Positions 18,533-27,534 of a stretch of DNA of 64,000 nucleotides are shown piece after piece; the first letter of the stretch is position 1, and each line of letters opens with the position of its first letter. The DNA comes from an uncultured Candidatus Saccharibacteria bacterium (GTDB taxonomy: Bacteria > Patescibacteriota > Minisyncoccia > Phycocordibacterales > UBA2100), in assembly GCA_964594735.1 (NCBI GenBank), contig CAZQMS010000001.1, forward strand, positions 62,523 to 126,522, in the 5' to 3' direction. The notes under the pieces were generated by a model. That model worked only from the letters and a program-made list of their open reading frames with translations, did not search any database and was not told where the DNA came from. The translations under genes and the position numbers were made by a program.

Positions 18533-19984
18533 TCATTCGTTCTTTGGCCGCAACAGCGGGAATATCTGCGCTTCGTGTGCGGGGCGATTCTCGAGGAACG
18601 CAAATAGTCGCTCCGAGAAACCGAAGCCGAATGCCGGAGGCATACCGTATTCCATCGCGCGGACATATTCTTCGTCGAGCCTCTGCGCTTCATCGTCACC
18701 TCCCTCGCGGAGCTTTTCCTGCTCTTCGAATCGCGCACGCTGGTCTTGCGGATCGTTGAGTTCGCCGTATCCATTGCCGACTTCCGAGCCAGCAATAAGC
18801 ACCTGAATGCGGTACACGAGCTCAGGATTCTCGGGTCGTCGCTTTGCGAGGGGTGTAAGGTACGCAGGCGTATTCACCAGGAATGCGGGGCCCGAGATTG
18901 TCTTGCGTATCGCCTTCCACAGATGATCGATAGCGCGGGGCTTGTTGAGCTCTTCTCCTACCTGTATCTGCGCGTCGCGCACGGCCTGAATCGCCTCTTC
19001 TTCGGAGCACGTAAGTGCGTCCACACCGTATCGTTCCAAGATGATTTGGCAAAAATCCACTTCCTGCCAATCTTCCGCGAGGTCGACCGTGTGCCCATGA
19101 ATTTCAAATGTATACTTTCCGTACGTCTCTTTTGCGATGTAGCGGTACAAATCCTGCACAAACCGTTTACCCTTTTCAATATCGCTGTATGCCTCGTACA
19201 TCTCGAGCATCGTGTAGTCCTGCAAATGCTCGCGCGACTGACCTTCGTTGCGGAACACGCGTCCAATTTCGAATACCTTCGGGAAACCTGCGACGAGTAG
19301 CCGCTTGAGCCAGAGCTCAAGAGAGATGCGCAGCGAGGCGTCGATATCGAGTGCATTGTGGTGTGTCTCAAAGGGCCGCGCATCCGCTCCGCCCGGCGTA
19401 AGTTCTATGACAGGAGTCTCCACTTCAAGAAATCCCTTTTCGGCGAGAAAACCGCGAACTGCATTCCAGAATTTCGCACGGCGCTTAAACATCTCGCGCA
19501 CTTCCGGATTCATCAGTATGTCGAGGTAGCGTTCGCGCAAAATCTTCTCCTCGTCCTTGAGACCAAACCAGCTATCCGGTATTGGAGCGAGCGACTTCGA
19601 AAGCATCTTCCACTTTGCTGCGAGCAGCGACTTCTCACCCCGCTTTGTGGTATAGGCCTTGCCGGTGACTGCGACGAAATCGCCCACGTCTACAGTCTCT
19701 TGAAATAGTGCGAGCAGCGCGTCATCCGTCTCACCTTTTTGAAGTACTGCCTGCGCCTTTGCCTTGCCCTCAAAGAGATCCGCGAAGACGATACCGCCCT
19801 GCCCGCGGAGCGACATGACCCGGCCAGCGATTGTTACCTCTCGGTCACCAAGTGTGTCGAATTCCTTGAGAAAATCCTCATTGCAAAATGTCCGGCCCGT
19901 TTCTGCCGGGTACGGGTCCATGCCCGCGTCCTGTAGTCTCTGGAGCTTTTTGAGCCTTTCAGCCCGGATGTCTTCACCGCTCAT
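18533..19984 (-). CDS. lysS: Lysyl-tRNA synthetase, class II
   Basis: 483 aa; N-terminal OB anticodon-binding domain plus class II catalytic core (motifs 1-3, e.g. FRNEG, GLGIDR-like). TATTAT sits 7 nt upstream of the ATG. Confidence 0.95.
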   Translation of the reverse strand: MSGEDIRAERLKKLQRLQDAGMDPYPAETGRTFCNEDFLKEFDTLGDREVTIAGRVMSLRGQGGIVFADLFEGKAKAQAVLQKGETDDALLALFQETVDVGDFVAVTGKAYTTKRGEKSLLAAKWKMLSKSLAPIPDSWFGLKDEEKILRERYLDILMNPEVREMFKRRAKFWNAVRGFLAEKGFLEVETPVIELTPGGADARPFETHHNALDIDASLRISLELWLKRLLVAGFPKVFEIGRVFRNEGQSREHLQDYTMLEMYEAYSDIEKGKRFVQDLYRYIAKETYGKYTFEIHGHTVDLAEDWQEVDFCQIILERYGVDALTCSEEEAIQAVRDAQIQVGEELNKPRAIDHLWKAIRKTISGPAFLVNTPAYLTPLAKRRPENPELVYRIQVLIAGSEVGNGYGELNDPQDQRARFEEQEKLREGGDDEAQRLDEEYVRAMEYGMPPAFGFGFSERLFAFLENRPAHEAQIFPLLRPKNE

Positions 19985-20020
19985 GCGGGCAATAATAGCA
20001 GAAAACGGCGCCGGAGCAGC

Positions 20021-21136
20021 CTACACGTACGTGTGTGTATGAGCGTGCGTCACTGTACCCCGTCCCGTGAGCAGCCATACCGAAATAAGCGTGGTGATGG
20101 GGACTGCGAGCACCAGGCCGATGGAGCCGACCATGGTGCGCACAATTTCCGTCGCAAAAATCTCGCGATTCATGTTGAGCAAGATGCTGTCCGTCCCGGT
20201 GTTGTAAAAGAGGAGGAGAAGCGGCAGCGACACGCCCACGTATGCGATGGCAAGCGAGTTCACCAGCGCACCTGTGTGTTCCCGCCCAATGCGAAGTGCA
20301 CGCAGGTAGACCTCACGCGGCTCTAGGTGCTGCCCCGCCCTTTTGATTTCCTCCACGCTCACCGCTTGGCCGATGGCAATGTCGTACAAGACGCCGAGAA
20401 GTCCGATGAGGACTCCCGCGAGGAGGAGTCCCGCAAAATCTATCGAACCACTTGTGTTGAAATGCAGGTACACGGCTTCTTCGGATTCAAAGCCCGTGAG
20501 GCGACCGAAGTGAATAGAAGCCCACGCGAGCGCGCTCGTAAATGATATCGTCGCAATCATGCCGAGCACTGCCGCCGATGTCGTCCTATTGAAACCGTGT
20601 GTAATGTACGAGCCCACACCAATGATGAGCGATGCGACCGCGATAGCGATGAGTACGGGAGAGTAGCCCGCGAGAATACCGGGCAAAAGCAGGTAGACAA
20701 TAAGCAAAAGCCCACCGATAAGCGACACAAGCCCGCGGATGCCTTGCATGCCGCCAAAGAGCGCGACGACGGCTACAAAAAGTGCGATGAGCCCCCAGAG
20801 CATAGGGAGCCTATAGGGATCTGAAACACTGAAATACGAGGTGCCGTCGATGTCGGTGAGTATGCGCAGGTAAAATGTCTCGCCTTCTTTGAGGCGAATG
20901 TAATCGTTTTCGACGGTGACAATCTGTCCCGCCATGTCACCCTCAATAATTTCTGCACGTATCGATTGATTGAGCGCAGAGACATCAGTCCCCTCGATGA
21001 TTTTGTTGTCCTGGGCTGTAATGGCGACCACTTTCGCGCGGACAATCGACTCCTGCTCAGGCACGAGCTCCTGAGCCACTGCCCCGAGTGGTATAAGGGA
21101 GAGCGTCAGGATTGCGGCAACGGCTCCCCACTTCAT
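20021..21136 (-). CDS. YibE/F family membrane protein (signal peptide, extracytoplasmic N-domain, polytopic TM region)
   Basis: 371 aa; Gly/Leu-rich TM core typical of YibE/F (…GLLLAGVLIGLLGVLYDIAIGQAVSVEE…). Confidence 0.75.
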   Translation of the reverse strand: MKWGAVAAILTLSLIPLGAVAQELVPEQESIVRAKVVAITAQDNKIIEGTDVSALNQSIRAEIIEGDMAGQIVTVENDYIRLKEGETFYLRILTDIDGTSYFSVSDPYRLPMLWGLIALFVAVVALFGGMQGIRGLVSLIGGLLLIVYLLLPGILAGYSPVLIAIAVASLIIGVGSYITHGFNRTTSAAVLGMIATISFTSALAWASIHFGRLTGFESEEAVYLHFNTSGSIDFAGLLLAGVLIGLLGVLYDIAIGQAVSVEEIKRAGQHLEPREVYLRALRIGREHTGALVNSLAIAYVGVSLPLLLLFYNTGTDSILLNMNREIFATEIVRTMVGSIGLVLAVPITTLISVWLLTGRGTVTHAHTHTYV

Positions 21137-21143
21137 GCGGTGA

Positions 21144-21962
21144 TTATACCAAAATCACCTGCTCGACCTTCGCGACGTGATCGTCGTCCTCGCCCTCATG
21201 TCCGTGACCAAAGTACGTCGTAAGTGTAGCCATCAGGGCGAGACCGAGGAAAAACCATGCGAGATGTTTTACGTAATCAATCCTCCTCACAGAAGAACGG
21301 ATAGAATGCGGAATGAGGTCGTGGAAGACGACGATGAGATACGAACCTGCGGCAAGTCCGAGCATGGGCAGCTCGAGCGCTTCAAACTGCTCGATAAGAA
21401 AGTACCCACCAAGCGCTCCGATAAGTATCGTGCCGGATGCAATAAAGTTGTAGACAAGTGCGCGACGCGTCGAAAGCCCGGCCTGACGTAACACAAAAAA
21501 CTCGGAAACCTCTTGAAGTAGTTCGTGGAAGAGCACGCTCACCGTGGCAAAAAGACCGAGAACGGGCGAGGCTGAAAAGGCGGCTGCGAGCAAGATACCG
21601 TCCGTCGTGTTGTGGATAGCGTCGCTCGCGAGTACCCGATTGGCATCGATACGGTCGTGCGAGTGCCCACCCGCATGTTCATCGTGGTGGTGGTGAAAGC
21701 CGGGGATGTACCGAAATACGACGAGAATAAAAAGTGCTCCCGCGACAATCCATGGCAAACCGGCTGTGAGCGACCCCGTGTGCTCAATACTTTCTTGAAT
21801 CAGACCAAACACAATTACGAGAAGCACGCCGGAGGCAAAGCTCACGAGGAAGGAAAGGTTGCGCTCGATAATTGGTCCTAGGTAGCGCACCGTCACGAGC
21901 TTGCCACTGAGTGACGAGAGCATGACCGCCAAGCACCCGAGAAGGAGGTAGATGAGTGTCAT
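21144..21962 (-). CDS. ZIP family metal (zinc) transporter
   Basis: 272 aa; His-rich loop (HHHHDEHAGGHSHD); HNxxDG and HELxxE(xxEF) ZIP motifs; directly downstream of the Fur-family regulator. Confidence 0.85.
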   Translation of the reverse strand: MTLIYLLLGCLAVMLSSLSGKLVTVRYLGPIIERNLSFLVSFASGVLLVIVFGLIQESIEHTGSLTAGLPWIVAGALFILVVFRYIPGFHHHHDEHAGGHSHDRIDANRVLASDAIHNTTDGILLAAAFSASPVLGLFATVSVLFHELLQEVSEFFVLRQAGLSTRRALVYNFIASGTILIGALGGYFLIEQFEALELPMLGLAAGSYLIVVFHDLIPHSIRSSVRRIDYVKHLAWFFLGLALMATLTTYFGHGHEGEDDDHVAKVEQVILV

Positions 21963-21963
21963 G

Positions 21964-22392
21964 CTAGGCGCTTTTTACACAATCCTTGCAATCGCCGAAG
22001 AACTCGAGTGCGTGCGAAGCAACCGACGCAAAGTTTTTCGACTGTTTGATGACTTTCTTTTCAATTGCGTCCATGCCACATTCTTCGACATCCTCCACGC
22101 GACCGCATCCACGGCACACGAGATGGTGATGGTGTCCTCGTGTAGCCAATTCGAAAAAGCTGCGGCCTTGGTGCAATTCCACATGATTCACGAGCCCAGC
22201 CTGGACGAATGTTTCAAGCGTACGGTAGATGGTGACCTGGTCGACTTTGGGGCGCTTAAGCATCGATTCGATGTCTGCAACGCTGAGCGGATATTCCGAT
22301 TGCTCAAGCACGGCGAGAACCCGCACACGAGGCTGCGTAGCGCGGAGGCTACTGCTGCGCAATAACGCCAAAAGCGGCTGCGTCTGATCCAT
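21964..22392 (-). CDS. zur: Fur-family transcriptional regulator, probably zinc uptake regulator Zur
   Basis: 142 aa; winged-helix N-domain; HHHHLVCRGCGRVEDVEEC metal site. Assignment to Zur rather than Fur/PerR is inferred from the 1-nt spacing to the ZIP transporter. Confidence 0.75.
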   Translation of the reverse strand: MDQTQPLLALLRSSSLRATQPRVRVLAVLEQSEYPLSVADIESMLKRPKVDQVTIYRTLETFVQAGLVNHVELHQGRSFFELATRGHHHHLVCRGCGRVEDVEECGMDAIEKKVIKQSKNFASVASHALEFFGDCKDCVKSA

Positions 22393-22398
22393 ATGTCA

Positions 22399-22427
22399 AC
22401 CATACACCAGATGCAAGTCGATTGCAA
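22399..22427 (-). promoter_or_regulatory. Putative zur promoter: TTGCAA, 17-nt spacer, TATGGT, then 6 nt to the ATG (leaderless-type)
   Basis: Minus strand reads ...TTGCAAtcgacttgcatctggtgTATGGTtgacatATG. Confidence 0.4.
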
Positions 22428-22510
22428 TTCCGATGCAGCAGCACAGCGTACACCAAGGCGGCTCGGTCACCCCGGACTGCAAGCAAACCTAGCCACGCAT
22501 GGACGCAGCG

Positions 22511-23422
22511 CTATATGACCGATTTGCCACCGAGCAGCATCGAGAGAAGTGCCATTCGCACACTGAGACCATACCCGACTTGCTTGAAATAGACTGCGTG
22601 CGGAGAGTCATCGACTTCGGGCGTAATCTCCCCGACGCGCGGAAGCGGATGAATGATGATGCCACCGTCTTTCATGGAATCAGCAAGCCGCCTATCGATG
22701 ATGTAGCGCCCCTTAGCGCGCTGGTATGCCTCTGGCGATAGTCGCTCTTTCTGAATACGCGTCTGGTACACGACATCCGCCTGCGCCATCGCGTCATCGA
22801 GTGAGTCAGTCCCTACATACTCAATGCCTTTCTCGTCGAGATACTCTTTGAGCTCATCGCTTATCGCGAGATCTGGGTCGGTCACGCCCGTGATGCGCAC
22901 CTTGTCGAATTTGCCGAGCAGGTACGCGAGCGAACGAGCTGCACGGTAGTACCGCATATCGCCGATGATGACGACATGGATGTCGTCGAGTCGGCCAAGC
23001 TCACGCTCAATCGTGTAGATATCGAGGAGCGCCTGCGTCGGGTGCTGCCCGGCCCCGTCACCCGCGTTGATTATGGGCACATCTGATACTGCTGCCGCTC
23101 GCTCCGCCGCCCCGGTTTCAGGGTGCCGGATGACGATTGCGTCGGCATAGCTGTTCATAACACGTATCGTATCTTCGAGCGTCTCACCCTTTGTCGATGA
23201 CGATGCTTCGGTCGCGTTCTCCGCGGTGATTACGTGCCCGCCAAGGCGGTACATGGCCGATTCAAATGAAAAACGCGTCCTGGTGGACGGCTCATAAAAT
23301 AAAGTGGCAAGTACTTTGCCGTGGAGTGAATCGTCGCGGTAGTTTTCAAACCGAGCTGCCAAATCAAACACACGACGCAGCAAATCCCTATCGAATTGCT
23401 GCGTCTCGAGCAAGTGATGCAT
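22511..23422 (-). CDS. pyrB: Aspartate carbamoyltransferase catalytic subunit
   Basis: 303 aa; STRTR, HPTQ and HPLP motifs (ATCase rather than OTCase). Confidence 0.9.
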   Translation of the reverse strand: MHHLLETQQFDRDLLRRVFDLAARFENYRDDSLHGKVLATLFYEPSTRTRFSFESAMYRLGGHVITAENATEASSSTKGETLEDTIRVMNSYADAIVIRHPETGAAERAAAVSDVPIINAGDGAGQHPTQALLDIYTIERELGRLDDIHVVIIGDMRYYRAARSLAYLLGKFDKVRITGVTDPDLAISDELKEYLDEKGIEYVGTDSLDDAMAQADVVYQTRIQKERLSPEAYQRAKGRYIIDRRLADSMKDGGIIIHPLPRVGEITPEVDDSPHAVYFKQVGYGLSVRMALLSMLLGGKSVI

Positions 23423-23424
23423 AG

Positions 23425-23946
23425 CTAATTCGCCTTAGTTGGCGCTAGTGCCGGCGCGTGCGACTCCTGCAGCCATGTATAGAGAAGCGGGCTGGCTACT
23501 GCGGCGAAGACGACTGCTCCGAGGAGGTGCAGCACGGTAAACGGAATCTGCCCGAGGAGCGCGGCCGAGAATGACTGACCGTACGCAAGCGGGCCGACTG
23601 TGAGACCTGTCACGACGTCGTACGCGAGGACCGCTACGATACTGAATCGTACAAAATTGCCGCGAGAAGGCTTACGCGTCTTGAAGTACACATGCGCACC
23701 AATTGCGAGAGAGCCGTATGCCGCAGCAGTGACGAGCGTCCAGATGCCAAAGCCGGCGGTAAACGCGTCGTAGACGACTATTGAGAGCACCGCGAAGGCA
23801 AAGCCTTCCACAGCACCAAAGCGCTTGGTGAGCGGCATGACTGCCGCGAGGAGTGGCTCGACGTTGGGGGCACGGAAAGGAATGAGGCGAATGAGCAGCA
23901 CGCCAAGGAACACTATTGCGTACTTAAGCCATGCGCCGCTCGTCAT
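23425..23946 (-). CDS. Hypothetical polytopic membrane protein (173 aa, ~5 TM helices), 2 nt upstream of pyrB; possibly an ECF-type S-component-like transporter subunit
   Basis: Hydrophobicity pattern; co-oriented and nearly overlapping with pyrB. The family assignment is tentative. Confidence 0.5.
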   Translation of the reverse strand: MTSGAWLKYAIVFLGVLLIRLIPFRAPNVEPLLAAVMPLTKRFGAVEGFAFAVLSIVVYDAFTAGFGIWTLVTAAAYGSLAIGAHVYFKTRKPSRGNFVRFSIVAVLAYDVVTGLTVGPLAYGQSFSAALLGQIPFTVLHLLGAVVFAAVASPLLYTWLQESHAPALAPTKAN

Positions 23947-23998
23947 AGGGATTTAGAGTATACTCCCCGTCCTCGTCAAACAAAAGTGGACAACTCGC

Positions 23999-24038
23999 GA
24001 TACACACATACCGGCCGACCGGTCGCTATGTGTGTATC
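23999..24038. promoter_or_regulatory. Nested palindrome (12-bp arms gatacacacata/tatgtgtgtatc around a 16-nt loop that itself contains the palindrome cgaccggtcg), upstream of the membrane-protein/pyrB operon and downstream of gene 24098..24841
   Basis: Read directly. May act as a terminator for the upstream gene and/or a leader element for the pyrB operon. Confidence 0.35.
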
Positions 24039-24097
24039 CGGGTACTGCAACTACAATACTCAAAGTAGCTGTATCGCGGTCGGATTCCGCTCGCTAA

Positions 24098-24841
24098 CTA
24101 GCGCACCGAGAGTATTCCTCTACTGCCCTTGAGCCAGCCAATAAATGACGAAAGCACATTTTCGCTGGCCATTTCGGGCAATTCTTCCTCAATGGGCGCA
24201 TTCTCCACTTCCGGAGTTACTACCGTGACGCGGCTCGCGCGGAGAATTGACTGGGCTGTATCGAGCGTGCCCGTCGCTTTGGCTGAGTCGCCTACTTGGA
24301 TGTTGGCAACACGCGCATAGTTGCCATCACGTGACATGAGCGCGCCGACCGGTACGAGTATCGTCGTCACCGCATCCGACTGCTCGAGGACAAATGTCCC
24401 GCTTTCCTCGTCGACACTTCGTACGGTCCCGACGACAGAGACGGCTTCTTTCAGTAGCTCCGCGTCCCTAAGCACTGTGGCGACAACGGTGGGCTTCGCA
24501 ATCGTGCCGCTCAAAGTACCGGTAAACGATATCGTGTGACCTTTTTTTATAGCGCGGAGTGCCTCTGAGCTTCCAAGGTCTGGCATGAAGCGGGTCGAAC
24601 CGGTCGTTTGCACGACAAACGCGATTTGCGCCGCCCCCCACTCCGCTTCTGCATGGATACTATTGCCTGATACACTCGTGACCCTTGCGCCCTTAACGAT
24701 GACCTGTCCTGTCGGCGCGATTGTAATTGAGGAGGCCGATTCATCCGCGTGGACCGCATTAACGCCCCACGTCGCAAAAAGAATCATTGCGATGCACGCA
24801 AAGACGATTCGTATGTACCAGGCAGTGTGTGATGTATTCAT
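24098..24841 (-). CDS. Secreted protein with signal peptide and repeated beta-domains (DUF5666-like)
   Basis: 247 aa; N-terminal signal peptide; repeated ~60-aa modules (…VKGARVTSVSGNSIHAEA…, …GTVRSVDEESGTFVLEQSD…, …ILRASRVTVV…). A paralogue lies at 47735..48430. Confidence 0.55.
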   Translation of the reverse strand: MNTSHTAWYIRIVFACIAMILFATWGVNAVHADESASSITIAPTGQVIVKGARVTSVSGNSIHAEAEWGAAQIAFVVQTTGSTRFMPDLGSSEALRAIKKGHTISFTGTLSGTIAKPTVVATVLRDAELLKEAVSVVGTVRSVDEESGTFVLEQSDAVTTILVPVGALMSRDGNYARVANIQVGDSAKATGTLDTAQSILRASRVTVVTPEVENAPIEEELPEMASENVLSSFIGWLKGSRGILSVR

Positions 24842-24906
24842 AGATGTCTGTTCGAGTGATGCAAGCAGTTACAAGACGTGCCCACTCATCATTCCTTACG
24901 GCAACG

Positions 24907-25065
24907 CTACGATTGCTTCTCTCCCCACACGAGCGCCGCGAGCACAATAAGAATCGAAAACACCAAAAAGAGGTGTAAGAAACCTCCGAGCTCGCGTGAA
25001 GTTGCGAGTCCTGCTATCCAGAGGATAACAAGAATTCCCGAAGCCGCGTAAAGCATTGTCGTCAT
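24907..25065 (-). CDS. lmo0937-family small membrane protein (~50 aa)
   Basis: MTTMLYAASGILVILWIAGLATSRELGGFLHLFLVFSILIVLAALVWGEKQS matches the LWIxG...GGxLHLLLV signature of this family. The ORF track extends upstream without support. Confidence 0.55.
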   Translation of the reverse strand: MTTMLYAASGILVILWIAGLATSRELGGFLHLFLVFSILIVLAALVWGEKQS

Positions 25066-25138
25066 AAATAAGATATCGACCGGACGCGATGTCCGATACA
25101 CATACTGCCCCGCTCCGACTGAAGCGCTTATGAAGTTG

Positions 25139-25777
25139 CTAGCCGAGATGCGCGTGGTCGTTCCAGACGAGCATCCACCATGCACGATGCGCATCTGATG
25201 GGTCATGCCGCAAAACCGTAATGCCCGTATTCTTTGTTCGCATTCCCCAAACGAATGGAGCGAACTCTTCGGCGCTCAATTCCTTGCCATACCACATGTA
25301 GCAAATCAGCATTCGAGTAAAAAAGCCGTGGCCAACAACCATAATGCTCTTCTCCGGTCTCTTCTCGAGGTACTCCAGCGCCTTTTCTGCCCTAACCTTC
25401 AGTTCAGCAAACGTCTCCGTGTTCTCCACCTTGTCGCCAAGTCCTTCCGATGCTCGAACCGCGGCATCGGCCGTGAGCTTCGCGGCAGTGTCACTTTTGA
25501 GTTTCCCGTATACGGACCGCGGCATTTCGCGTTCTACAAACAAATCAGAGTACTCTACCTTGTGACCGGTAGCCTGCGATATCAGTTCTGCAGTCTCCCT
25601 GGTGCGCGCGAATGGGCTCGATACAAGTGCCTCAAATGACAGATTCTTTGCCCGCTCCGCCGTATATGCGGCTTGTTCACGTCCAAGCTGCGTAAGGGGA
25701 GGCTCCCTATCGTCCATGAATGCATCGCTGACATTGATTTCACTCTCCCCGTGGCGCACGAGATATATTGTTTTCAT
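25139..25777 (-). CDS. Histidine phosphatase family protein (phosphoglycerate mutase-like)
   Basis: 212 aa; RHGES catalytic motif at the N-terminus; overlaps the folB stop by 4 nt. Confidence 0.8.
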   Translation of the reverse strand: MKTIYLVRHGESEINVSDAFMDDREPPLTQLGREQAAYTAERAKNLSFEALVSSPFARTRETAELISQATGHKVEYSDLFVEREMPRSVYGKLKSDTAAKLTADAAVRASEGLGDKVENTETFAELKVRAEKALEYLEKRPEKSIMVVGHGFFTRMLICYMWYGKELSAEEFAPFVWGMRTKNTGITVLRHDPSDAHRAWWMLVWNDHAHLG

Positions 25778-26127
25778 ACCCTCTTTCTTTCGATACTAAC
25801 ACCCGGTATACCACTTTTTAATGCGGCGGGTTTCTGGATAGTCACGCGCACCGATGCGAGCCGATCATCTTTTCTCAGCAACTCGTGAGCTATGGTGTCG
25901 GCGAGGCGCTCGATGAGATAGAACGAATTCTTCTTTACGATATCTTGCGCCACTTGTGCAAATGCGTCGTAATCCACGGTATCTTCGAGCTTGTCAGAAG
26001 CGGCCGCAGGCTTTGTGTCAAAAACCGCCTCTATGTCGATGAGAAATTCCTGTTCGCCGGTGCGCTCGTGCTCATAGACACCATGCTTTCCGTGCACTGA
26101 GAGATTGCGAATGAATACCGTGTCCAT
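25774..26127 (-). CDS. folB: Dihydroneopterin aldolase
   Basis: MDTVFIRNLSVHGKHGVYEHERTGEQEFLIDIEA is a typical FolB N-terminus. The ORF track adds 5 residues upstream. Confidence 0.85.
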   Translation of the reverse strand: MDTVFIRNLSVHGKHGVYEHERTGEQEFLIDIEAVFDTKPAAASDKLEDTVDYDAFAQVAQDIVKKNSFYLIERLADTIAHELLRKDDRLASVRVTIQKPAALKSGIPGVSIERKRV

Positions 26128-26131
26128 GCGC

Positions 26132-27370
26132 TTAGAGCACAAACTCGCCGTCTTTGTAGATGATTTTGGTCGATCCGTCTTTGAGGTGGGCGGTCACCGT
26201 GCGGCGAGTCGTCGAGATAATGTCGGTGTGTACCGAGGAGTCGTTGAAGCCGAGCTTCTCTGCCTCTTTCGTCGTGAGCTTGCTCACATCGCCCGAATAC
26301 GTGTCGCGGTACGACATGCCGAGCGCGAGGTGCGTGTTGCCATAACGGCCACCCATGTTTTCATCGAAGAGCGTCTCCGCCATAAATTTCGTGATGCGGG
26401 AGTGCCGTCTGTCGGTGAGTGAGTATTCACCTATCTTGTTCGCCCCCTTCGTCGCAATCATTTCCTTGAGCAGTTTTTCGTTCTGTTTCGCCTTCGCCTT
26501 GACGACAAGACCGTTCTTGAACTCGAGCTCGATACCCGTCACCTTGTTGCCATAGCGATAGAGCGGCTGGTTGAACCGTATCCAGCCCTCGGTACCACGC
26601 CAATCCGGCGATGTGAATATTTCGAACGACGGGATGTTGCGACCGCTCCCCGCGTGCCACGCACGCTTCTCGCCGAGACGTACCCAGAGGTCCATGTCGG
26701 GCCCCACCGCATGCAGCCTATCGATTTTTGGACTGAGCTTGTTGAGACGCGAGCGGTACTTTTCGATATCACGATACACTTCGCGCCACTTTTTTATGGG
26801 GTCCTTCTCGTCGAGGAAACACGCCCTGATTATTTGGTTCCAGTATTCTTTCTCGCTGAGTCCCGCCTCCTTCGCCATCGCGGGCGTGCCATAGAGGCCG
26901 ATAGTCCACGTGAACTTTCCTTTCCACTCCTTTTGATTCAGCCAGTCCTTAAAGGGCTTGAGCGACACGCCGCGCTGCATGATTTTCTTGGGCTCGACTC
27001 CCTTGAGCGCATGGGGGTCGGCATCCGAGAGGATGTATATCGAGTGGTCTATCGTGTCGGCGAGGCCCTTGAGGTACTTCTCGGGAAAATAGGAAATCTG
27101 GTGCGGCTGAGCCTTCTCATAAAAGTAGCGCGAGAAGCTCTCATTGCGGCGCTTGTCCCCCTTCTCGTCGTCGGGCGCGTAATTAGATATCACATGTCCA
27201 CCTGCATCGACTATCGCTTTGCAGACAGCCACATAGAGCGGCTTCGCACTCTCGGCGCTCGATACTCGCACCACCTCGCCCCTTTTCATACCCTTGCCGC
27301 CCCCGAGCGCGAAATTGACGAGTACGTCAGCGTATTTCTTGAGTAATGCATCCGAAGGTGTGTAGGCCAT
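26132..27370 (-). CDS. M29-family aminopeptidase (AmpS/PepS-like)
   Basis: ATG at 27370 (MAYTPSDALLKKYADVLVNFAL...) matches M29 N-termini. The track's longer form (to 27502) adds a non-conserved Ser/Arg-rich extension. Confidence 0.8.
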   Translation of the reverse strand: MAYTPSDALLKKYADVLVNFALGGGKGMKRGEVVRVSSAESAKPLYVAVCKAIVDAGGHVISNYAPDDEKGDKRRNESFSRYFYEKAQPHQISYFPEKYLKGLADTIDHSIYILSDADPHALKGVEPKKIMQRGVSLKPFKDWLNQKEWKGKFTWTIGLYGTPAMAKEAGLSEKEYWNQIIRACFLDEKDPIKKWREVYRDIEKYRSRLNKLSPKIDRLHAVGPDMDLWVRLGEKRAWHAGSGRNIPSFEIFTSPDWRGTEGWIRFNQPLYRYGNKVTGIELEFKNGLVVKAKAKQNEKLLKEMIATKGANKIGEYSLTDRRHSRITKFMAETLFDENMGGRYGNTHLALGMSYRDTYSGDVSKLTTKEAEKLGFNDSSVHTDIISTTRRTVTAHLKDGSTKIIYKDGEFVL

Positions 27371-27534
27371 AGAGTCACAGGGTACGCGCCACAGGCTGGT
27401 TTGTCTAGAAATGCTGCAACCCCAGGAGACGGAGCCCCGGCGGACTCCGTATTCTGGGGTTGAGCTGCTTCTTTCGGGATGCTCTGTCATGAAGACGGGC
27501 ACGCTATCCGCTTCTTACAGACCCACGCAGCTCT

